Positions 57,663 through 64,000 of a DNA stretch of 64,000 nucleotides are shown in pieces. Both the position numbers and the translations under genes were made by a program. Position 1 is the first letter of the stretch, and every line of letters starts with the position of its first letter. Under the pieces are notes generated by a model. It was not told where the DNA came from. It worked only from the letters and a program-made list of their open reading frames with translations, and made no database searches. This DNA is from a virus. The stretch spans positions 23,246 to 87,245 of the IMG/VR virus record IMGVR_UViG_3300043570_000986; one strand, 5' to 3'.

Positions 57663-59495
57663 TTAAAATAAACTTAATTGTAAATTATTACTTATTTGAT
57701 TAATAATTTTATTAATTTCAGCAATATAAAATTTATAGTTAATATCTGTAGGAAATACATCTGGATTATGATTGTTGTAAATCATTACACCTGAATCTTT
57801 CAATAAATGATTAGATTTACCTTCTCTACATTTGTAGATATAACCACCTTTAGTTGAAGCATAAAACCTATTTAATCTTTGTTGTTTAGATTTAATAAAA
57901 TTAGGTGAAGTCCATTCAACATGATAAGATTTATCTACTTTTTGTGAACAACAAAAATCAAATATATTTGTATGTGATTCAACAAATTGTTTAACAGGTA
58001 CATTATCTATGTAATAAGCTTTTAATGCTTTAGGTATAATAAGATAATCTACACTATTACCTAATTCAGGCTTTTCAACAAACAAACCTTTTTGTTTAAG
58101 TTTAGATCCTTCAGCTAAATAATTATTTACATTCATGTAGATAATTTTTTGATAAGTATCATGCTCAAACTCTAAGTTAAATTCTTTACCAACTTGATCA
58201 ATAATTTGTTTATATTCTAACACTTTATCTTTAGGTACAATAACTTCTATACCATCTGTATTTGCACTAATTACTTGATAATCAGCTAATATCAATCTTT
58301 CTATTGCCATAGTAAGAATTAATTGACCCATCAATCTAAGTTTCATTGCACCTTCTGGATAATATAACCAAGAATATTTATTATCAATCATACCTGAAGT
58401 TGAATTAAGAATTAACTTTAACAAAGCATCTTTAGATTTATCTTTATTCTTTTTAGCTTCAATTCTATCAGATTTAACTTTAGTATATAAAGCTAATACT
58501 TCAGGTTGTCTTAAAAGATTATAGTTAATAATAAGATTTGGATATAAACTAGCTACATCACTTGTTATTATACAATTATCATCATCTTCAAAATAAGATT
58601 CATTTTTATTTACTGAATGTAAACCACCTTTACCATAAGTTAATTTTAATGTAGTATTGTTTTTAATTATAATGATTTCCTTGCTAAATTCATTTAAAGA
58701 ATCTGACATTTCATCATATAAATCTCTAAAACATTCCATTTTAAAATTAATTTCAGGTAATTCTAATTTATTAGTATGTTCAAACTTAAGTGATTTAACA
58801 TACTTTGGATCTTTTTTAGTTATCTTACAATATTCCTGTAACAATAATTCAGATGCCATTTTAGGTGCATCCCAACTATAACATTTTAAGTTATATGTTT
58901 CATTAATATATTGTCTTAACTTGACATCAGATAACATTGAATTATATAGTAATTCAGTTATACCTAAATCATGTACACTATTATAGTGCCTTAATTCATC
59001 AATTTGAGCATGATTTAAGCTCATTGCAGGATCAAATGGTAATTCCTGTACTACAGGATAATTAAGTTGAATAGCAAGCCCTTTAAGACTTAACTTTTTA
59101 CTTAATCTAAGCATTTTACTCCAATATAAAAATAGATCTATGTCTATCCATTTATTATGATATTTGTATTTACTTAATTCTTTGTCATTCCACCAAAAAT
59201 CATTTTGAATTATATAGTCTGACCATTCTTTAAGTTTTTGTAGATAATTATCCACATTATCTAATTTATTGTGGATAATATACATCAATATACAATCATC
59301 ATAATGTATTCCATTAAACGTAATAAGATATTGATTGAATTTATTAAAAAATTCTACAACTTTATCATACTCATTTATTCTATCTGAAATTTCCCAAACT
59401 ATTTTCTCTTTACTATCTACATCTTGAATAGCACAGAGAAAACAGTTTGAATAAACTTCAACATCACAAATTACTTTTTGCCATTTACTTCCCAT
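57663..59495 (-). CDS. Family B DNA polymerase
   Basis: Exo motifs DVE and FNGIHYD; Pol motifs DVASLYPN, KLILNSTSG, NTDG and NNY. Confidence 0.9.
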   Translation of the reverse strand: MGSKWQKVICDVEVYSNCFLCAIQDVDSKEKIVWEISDRINEYDKVVEFFNKFNQYLITFNGIHYDDCILMYIIHNKLDNVDNYLQKLKEWSDYIIQNDFWWNDKELSKYKYHNKWIDIDLFLYWSKMLRLSKKLSLKGLAIQLNYPVVQELPFDPAMSLNHAQIDELRHYNSVHDLGITELLYNSMLSDVKLRQYINETYNLKCYSWDAPKMASELLLQEYCKITKKDPKYVKSLKFEHTNKLELPEINFKMECFRDLYDEMSDSLNEFSKEIIIIKNNTTLKLTYGKGGLHSVNKNESYFEDDDNCIITSDVASLYPNLIINYNLLRQPEVLALYTKVKSDRIEAKKNKDKSKDALLKLILNSTSGMIDNKYSWLYYPEGAMKLRLMGQLILTMAIERLILADYQVISANTDGIEVIVPKDKVLEYKQIIDQVGKEFNLEFEHDTYQKIIYMNVNNYLAEGSKLKQKGLFVEKPELGNSVDYLIIPKALKAYYIDNVPVKQFVESHTNIFDFCCSQKVDKSYHVEWTSPNFIKSKQQRLNRFYASTKGGYIYKCREGKSNHLLKDSGVMIYNNHNPDVFPTDINYKFYIAEINKIINQISNNLQLSLF

Positions 59496-59697
59496 CAGTT
59501 TGATAATATTGTTTAGCTGTTTGATACATGTGTAACATTAAAATGAACATGCCTTGATCTTGAGGAGGATTAATTGATCTATTAGATATATCTTGTTTAG
59601 TTTTATCAAAGATATATTTAACAATAACTTGTATTTGTTCTAATTCTCCGGGATTATGTTTAGATATAATTTCTAATACTTTATCTTTATTTATCAT
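59485..59697 (-). CDS. Hypothetical protein
   Basis: 70 aa, overlapping neighbours. Confidence 0.5.
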   Translation of the reverse strand: MINKDKVLEIISKHNPGELEQIQVIVKYIFDKTKQDISNRSINPPQDQGMFILMLHMYQTAKQYYQTDGK

Positions 59698-59918
59698 TCT
59701 ACACCTCCTTCAGGTAATTCTTCAGTTTGTTTAGATTTTAAATCTTCTACAAATTTCTCTTTCATTACTGAAAGACAAACTTCTTTGTAGCCACCACCTA
59801 ATAGAGGTAGCATTTCTTCTAATTCCTGAATTGTTTTTAAAGAATATTCTTTGTATTTAGTATGTAATTTAGCATGCTGTCTAATAGCTTGTGACAATGG
59901 TTGTCTTTTCTTTTGCAT
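59694..59918 (-). CDS. Hypothetical protein
   Basis: 74 aa, ATGA overlap with the downstream gene. Confidence 0.5.
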   Translation of the reverse strand: MQKKRQPLSQAIRQHAKLHTKYKEYSLKTIQELEEMLPLLGGGYKEVCLSVMKEKFVEDLKSKQTEELPEGGVE

Positions 59919-59980
59919 ATTATTTAATTTTAGTTTCTAAATATTTTTTGTATAATTCATAATTAAATGAATCCCACCAT

Positions 59981-60469
59981 TTAGTTTGTAATAAGATATT
60001 TATATCCATTTTTTAATATTAAATTATAATAATTAATATATTCTTTTTTGCTTACACGATGTACTATATAATTTAAAGGAAAATTTTTAATACAATCTTT
60101 AATTCTTTCTTCTTTAGATTTAAATTTATTAGTATTTCTTTCATAATATAACCAAGTTTCCCAATAATGATGTTGTTCTGGAGCAATAAATATAATAGCC
60201 ATTTGCCATTTAAAAAATACAAAACTCCATATTGGTGCCCATTCAAACCTATAATCAATTTCAGTCCATTTAGTTTTCCAACCTAATCCTACAAAATCAA
60301 AACCTATTTTTTTAGGAATTGCTTTTTGATAACCAGGTTTTTCTAAATCTTTAACCCATTTTCTCGGAAAGAAATATGGTGTTCCAATAGCTACCTTACC
60401 ACAATACCATTTTAATTTAAATGGTTTAAATGGTGACCATAATGCTTTTATAAATTCTAATTTATTCAT
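59981..60469 (-). CDS. Trp-rich hypothetical protein
   Basis: 162 aa; LGWKTKW..RFEW. Confidence 0.55.
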   Translation of the reverse strand: MNKLEFIKALWSPFKPFKLKWYCGKVAIGTPYFFPRKWVKDLEKPGYQKAIPKKIGFDFVGLGWKTKWTEIDYRFEWAPIWSFVFFKWQMAIIFIAPEQHHYWETWLYYERNTNKFKSKEERIKDCIKNFPLNYIVHRVSKKEYINYYNLILKNGYKYLITN

Positions 60470-60480
60470 TTTATTTATTT

Positions 60481-61338
60481 TTAAAATATGTATCTAATTG
60501 TATTCCAAGGAATTATCTCATCATGTAGTTTTACAAAAGACTTTATGAAATCATTTTTTAAATCATGTCTATATCTTATGTTTAAACCACCATATTGAGA
60601 TACTTTGTTTTCTTGTATTGTAGGAACCCATAAATATTCTTCTTCACCTGGAATGTTATTAACAATGTTATAAACATGTTTATTTTCATTGTGAGTAAGA
60701 AATATTACTTCTGCTTTAACAACATTTTTATAACTAACATAATCATTAACCATGTGAAATAAATATTCATATTCTTCTAACCAGTTACCTGCAACTATTA
60801 CAGGACTAAAGTTAATATGAACATCATATCCTGCATCTATGAATGCATCAATAGCTTTAATTCTATCAATGATTTTAGATGTGTTAGGTTCTAATTTATC
60901 AGACATAATTTGTGGCATTAGACTAAATCTTATTCTAATCTTACCTTCAGGATTATAACCTGTTAAACTTGGGTTCACATACTTAGTAGCAAATGAACCC
61001 ATAGCTGTAGGATGTTGTTTAAAGAAGTCAAATATCTTTTGCCATTCATGATGTTTAGCATGTAATGCAAAATCTTCATTACATGAAATATCATAAGTAA
61101 TATAATCATTGTGTGTTTGATTAGGTTTTTCAACATCAGCAAAAGCACAATGATTATTAATTGCTGTAAGTATGTCCATTGTATTAGTTGCTACATCTAA
61201 ACCTTCAGGTTTATGTCTTTTCATATAGCAATATCCACAATTATATAAACAGCCATATCCAAAGCTTGGACTAATAAAATCAGTTGATCTACCTGATGGT
61301 CTAATCAACATAGATTTTCTTTTAATTTTTTCTAGCAT
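60481..61338 (-). CDS. Spore photoproduct lyase-like radical SAM protein
   Basis: GCLYNCGYCY (CxxxCxxC); SCNED, FATK, RIRFSL and FSPVI match the SplB family pattern. Confidence 0.8.
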   Translation of the reverse strand: MLEKIKRKSMLIRPSGRSTDFISPSFGYGCLYNCGYCYMKRHKPEGLDVATNTMDILTAINNHCAFADVEKPNQTHNDYITYDISCNEDFALHAKHHEWQKIFDFFKQHPTAMGSFATKYVNPSLTGYNPEGKIRIRFSLMPQIMSDKLEPNTSKIIDRIKAIDAFIDAGYDVHINFSPVIVAGNWLEEYEYLFHMVNDYVSYKNVVKAEVIFLTHNENKHVYNIVNNIPGEEEYLWVPTIQENKVSQYGGLNIRYRHDLKNDFIKSFVKLHDEIIPWNTIRYIF

Positions 61339-61660
61339 ATAATTTATATTGTTTTTCTGTTTTAATCATCATGTTTAATAATTCATTAGATAGTTTTTCA
61401 GCATTAGTTAATGCTTTGTTAGCTAATCTAGTTTCAATCATTACTTCTTTATGATTTTTAACATTGGCTCTACATTTAATGATATATTTTACAGCATTAA
61501 TGTATTCTGATTTATCATAACCATTAAGCAATCCTTGAGGATATTTGTTAATGTGTAATAATATACCATTTAATTCCCAATTACTTAGTTTACTAAGTAT
61601 TGTTGGTTTACCTTTGCAAAAATATAACATTTTGCAATACTTGTCAAGTAGTCTGTTCAT
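61322..61660 (-). CDS. Hypothetical protein
   Basis: ORF overlapping the SPL-like gene start; the likely start is MNRLL at 61660 because 61690 falls in the terminator. Confidence 0.5.
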   Translation of the reverse strand: MNRLLDKYCKMLYFCKGKPTILSKLSNWELNGILLHINKYPQGLLNGYDKSEYINAVKYIIKCRANVKNHKEVMIETRLANKALTNAEKLSNELLNMMIKTEKQYKLYARKN

Positions 61661-61679
61661 CTTGTGATTGTTTTTTAAA

Positions 61680-61712
61680 TTAAAAACCACCTAGGACTTT
61701 CCTAAGTGGTTA
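61680..61712 (-). terminator. Intrinsic terminator downstream of the tRNA-like RNA
   Basis: Stem aaccac-ctagg/cctaa-gtggtt followed on the minus strand by a T-run. Confidence 0.6.
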
Positions 61713-61734
61713 TTTGTTATTTACTTTTAATTAG

Positions 61735-62086
61735 AGAGATAATCAGGAGTCGAACCTGAGGCATCTTAAACACTATTGTGTTTTAAGAAGTTGCATCCTG
61801 GACCACACCAACTAGTATTTATGTTTCCATTATCCCATAGTGATGTCTTTCCATCAGTCATAACTTATCTTGCAGTTAACCGTGTTCCCTTTTATTTCAG
61901 AGACCAATCACCGCTTATGTTAAAGTGCTTTGCGGTAACACTATTTGTGAGCACAAGTTATCTCCTCTTACTATAAGATATGAATGAAGCCAAGCAGGGC
62001 ATCATATCTCCTTACCTGACGTGAATAGTCAATCAGAGACCCCAGCTAGGATTTTAGAGTCCAGCGGTGGCTTTACCTTGTGCTCA
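61735..62086 (-). ncRNA. Structured RNA ending in a tRNA-like T-arm and acceptor stem
   Basis: Minus strand TCAGG-TTCGACT-CCTGA-TTATCTC-T; complementary 5' strands at 61830-61836 and 61958-61964; upstream domain closed by a 10-bp stem. Confidence 0.6.
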
Positions 62087-62091
62087 ATATT

Positions 62092-62406
62092 TTAATTTTC
62101 TATTAGTTTTAAATTACTTTCTTCAATTAATTCCATAATGTCAATCTTACCCAATTCAGTACATTCTTTCATTAGTTCTATTAATTGATTTAAACCATCT
62201 TGAGTAAAAGCAAATCTATCTAATCTATAACTTGTATATTCTAATGATTTAGTTTGTACTTCATTTAAAGTAACACCTTGAATTCCTTGATTAACATGGT
62301 AATATACATAATTTATAGTATATTTTGTTCCTTCAATAATCCAGTTTTCAGGTAGTATTTCATTAGGTTTATTTTTATCATTTATACATAAGCAAGGTAC
62401 ATTCAT
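62092..62406 (-). CDS. Hypothetical protein
   Basis: 104 aa; CINDKNKP..YRLDRF. Confidence 0.55.
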   Translation of the reverse strand: MNVPCLCINDKNKPNEILPENWIIEGTKYTINYVYYHVNQGIQGVTLNEVQTKSLEYTSYRLDRFAFTQDGLNQLIELMKECTELGKIDIMELIEESNLKLIEN

Positions 62407-62875
62407 TTTTAATTTGTAGATTTTTTAATACTTAATTTGTAAAGTCTTTTTAATTCTTTAAGTTTAGCTTTCTCTTCTTTAGTTTTTTTAAAACATTCTC
62501 TGTCAATGTTTATTTTTTCTATTACTATTGCCATAATTAATCTATTATTTCTGTTTTTAATTTATCAATTTCTTTTTTTACTTTAGCAAACTGAACATTG
62601 TTTTTAAATGTTTGTGCTGTTAAATTTGGATGGTTCATGTAAAACATTGACCAAGAAAATAAATTCTCCATTTTTTTAAATTTTGATTCTTGCATATATT
62701 ATTTGTTTTTAATTTTTATTGTCTTATTTTTTACACATTTTACAGGTTAATTTATGATACTTATCTTGTACCCATAGTCCTAATAAAAGAACTAGAACTA
62801 TGGGTAGGCCAAGTGTTATCCAAAAGCCTATCCAGGCATAGTACATTATCTTTCTCATATTAGTCTTGTTTGTTT

Positions 62876-63040
62876 TTAGTTGTTAATGTTTTGTTGTTCC
62901 ATTTCCAATGCTACTTTAAGAATATTATTTAATTCTTCGTAATATTCAATAAGAGAAATAGCTCCTAAAGCAAGTTTACCTCTTAAATCTTCTGATTTTG
63001 ACGCAAACCATTGTACTGGTGTTAATTTGTTTGTTTCCAT
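62876..63040 (-). CDS. Small protein of the 'TAVEW...MEQQ' paralog group (54 aa, not in the ORF track)
   Basis: METNKLTPVQWF...ALEMEQQNINN*. Confidence 0.55.
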   Translation of the reverse strand: METNKLTPVQWFASKSEDLRGKLALGAISLIEYYEELNNILKVALEMEQQNINN

Positions 63041-63052
63041 TTTTATTTGTTT

Positions 63053-63256
63053 TTAGTCTTGTTTAAAGGTTTGGTTGTAGTATTGTTCTGCATCATTTTT
63101 ATAATGACCTGAACATGCTCCTATAAACATCTGTCCTGCTATATTAGCATCTATTATCTGTTGTTCTTCCATTTTTTTGGCTTGTTCAAATACTGATTCA
63201 ATATCTTTTGATAATATTCTTTGATAAAACCATTCTACTGCTGTTTGTTTTTCCAT
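63053..63256 (-). CDS. Small protein of the 'MEKQTAVE' paralog group
   Basis: MEKQTAVEWF..AKKMEEQQII. Confidence 0.65.
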   Translation of the reverse strand: MEKQTAVEWFYQRILSKDIESVFEQAKKMEEQQIIDANIAGQMFIGACSGHYKNDAEQYYNQTFKQD

Positions 63257-63417
63257 TTTTATTTATTTTTAATTATTAATTGATTTATTTCTTTTTTAAC
63301 ATCTTCCCAATAAGAATAATAGTTTTGTTTATCTTCAAATTCATCTAAATAAGCTCCATAACGTAAATTCAAGCCACCATTATATATTTCATCAACTGCT
63401 ATTAAAGCACATTGTTT
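63232..63417. repeat. Direct repeat, copy 1
   Basis: Identical by eye to 63815-64000 (offset 583). Confidence 0.9.
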
Positions 63418-63498
63418 TGCTTTACTTTTAGATTCTAAATAAGTTAGTGTAGTATCGTATTTTTCTACTAATTCCTTTGCTTTTTCTTTTGGTGTCAT
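63259..63498 (-). CDS. Small protein 'MTPKEKAKEL' (copy 1)
   Basis: 79 aa; its 3' part is duplicated exactly at the window end. Confidence 0.65.
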   Translation of the reverse strand: MTPKEKAKELVEKYDTTLTYLESKSKAKQCALIAVDEIYNGGLNLRYGAYLDEFEDKQNYYSYWEDVKKEINQLIIKNK

Positions 63499-63499
63499 T

Positions 63500-63628
63500 T
63501 TATTTGTTTTTAGATTTTTCTTTTAGTTTATTATTTTCTTCAACTGATTTATTTATTGTATTTTGTTTTACTCTGATATTAAATAATCTTCCTCCGTATC
63601 TGAATTTTATGTATTGTCCTTTTTCCAT
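63500..63628 (-). CDS. Small basic protein (42 aa)
   Basis: MEKGQYIK start lies directly after the recurring junction motif; the longer 63769 start overlaps another gene. Confidence 0.45.
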   Translation of the reverse strand: MEKGQYIKFRYGGRLFNIRVKQNTINKSVEENNKLKEKSKNK

Positions 63629-63650
63629 TTTATTTGTTTTTAGTTTATGA

Positions 63651-63839
63651 TTAAATCTCTTTGCCCATTGGCAAACTTCCCTTGTAAAAACCAATATGAT
63701 ACTTTTCTTTAAGTTGCTCTTTCTCCATTTCTTTGGCTTTTTCATAATATTGTTTTTTATCAATATCATATAATGCTGTTTTTGGAATCATTCTTTCAAG
63801 TCTTTCGTATAAGTATTCTACTGCTGTTTGTTTTTCCAT
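63651..63839 (-). CDS. Small protein of the 'MEKQTAVE' paralog group
   Basis: MEKQTAVEYL..AKEMEKEQL. Confidence 0.65.
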   Translation of the reverse strand: MEKQTAVEYLYERLERMIPKTALYDIDKKQYYEKAKEMEKEQLKEKYHIGFYKGSLPMGKEI

Positions 63840-64000
63840 TTTTATTTATTTTTAATTATTAATTGATTTATTTCTTTTTTAACATCTTCCCAATAAGAAT
63901 AATAGTTTTGTTTATCTTCAAATTCATCTAAATAAGCTCCATAACGTAAATTCAAGCCACCATTATATATTTCATCAACTGCTATTAAAGCACATTGTTT
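63815..64000. repeat. Direct repeat, copy 2 (runs off the window edge)
   Basis: Identical by eye to 63232-63417; includes the 3' part of a second MTPKEKAKEL-type gene. Confidence 0.9.

Noticed and set aside
21430-59495. Inteins or group I introns in RNAP, helicases, primase or PolB
   Set aside because: Catalytic motifs are normally spaced, ORFs are uninterrupted and no intein splice-junction signatures were seen.
61735-61964. Standard tRNA, tRNA-Sec or tmRNA
   Set aside because: The T-arm is good, but there is no canonical anticodon arm or UCA loop, no G3-U70 alanine identity and no recognisable tag ORF.
43113-61976. Nested or antisense ORFs 43113-43370, 48956-49195, 57275-57490, 58657-58881, 60073-60258 and 61776-61976
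   Set aside because: They are shadows of minus-strand genes or overlap the structured RNA; no motifs.
62769-62806. 10-bp inverted repeat tacccatagt/actatgggta
   Set aside because: It lies within a probable short hydrophobic ORF and lacks a clear U-tract, so no function can be supported.
1-64000. Stop-codon reassignment (TAG or TGA), known in some crAss-like phages
   Set aside because: Genes up to 4215 aa are intact under the standard code, TAG and TGA end genes at sensible boundaries, and no suppressor tRNA is visible.
62690-64000. CRISPR array or integron attC array
   Set aside because: The repeats are A-rich stop/start junctions, non-palindromic and irregularly spaced with ORFs between them; no cas or integrase gene is present.

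Overview
Strongly AT-rich segment of a crAss-like (Crassvirales-type) phage genome, probably infecting a Bacteroidota host, read with the standard genetic code. The + strand (1-37973) is the late/virion arm: capsid-accessory and tail or fibre genes, a lysis cluster, ring/IHF-like/muzzle genes, then cargo proteins including a 4215-aa virion RNA polymerase (GADFDID catalytic motif plus a zincin HEAFH motif). It meets the - strand replication and accessory arm (38116-64000) at a bidirectional terminator. That arm carries PolB, DnaG-type primase, DnaB-like and SF2 helicases, an SSB candidate, 5'-3' exonuclease, resolvase-like nuclease, GIY-YIG endonuclease, sigma-like protein, MoxR/vWA pair, nucleotidyltransferase, split Prim-Pol and a spore-photoproduct-lyase-like radical SAM enzyme. 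Most unusual items: (1) a 34-nt, 30/34 GC, G-quadruplex-competent in-frame patch inside a small gene directly downstream of a split, order-reversed Prim-Pol, with a short match to an intergenic stem-loop 2.5 kb away; (2) consecutive virion proteins that end in Cys and begin Met-Ala-Cys; (3) variable inserts with conserved helical flanks inside the virion RNAP; (4) several structured non-coding loci, one with a tRNA-like T-arm and acceptor stem but no canonical anticodon arm; (5) an array of tiny genes with repeated junctions and an exact duplication at the right end. All product calls come from motif recognition by eye; no database search was run.
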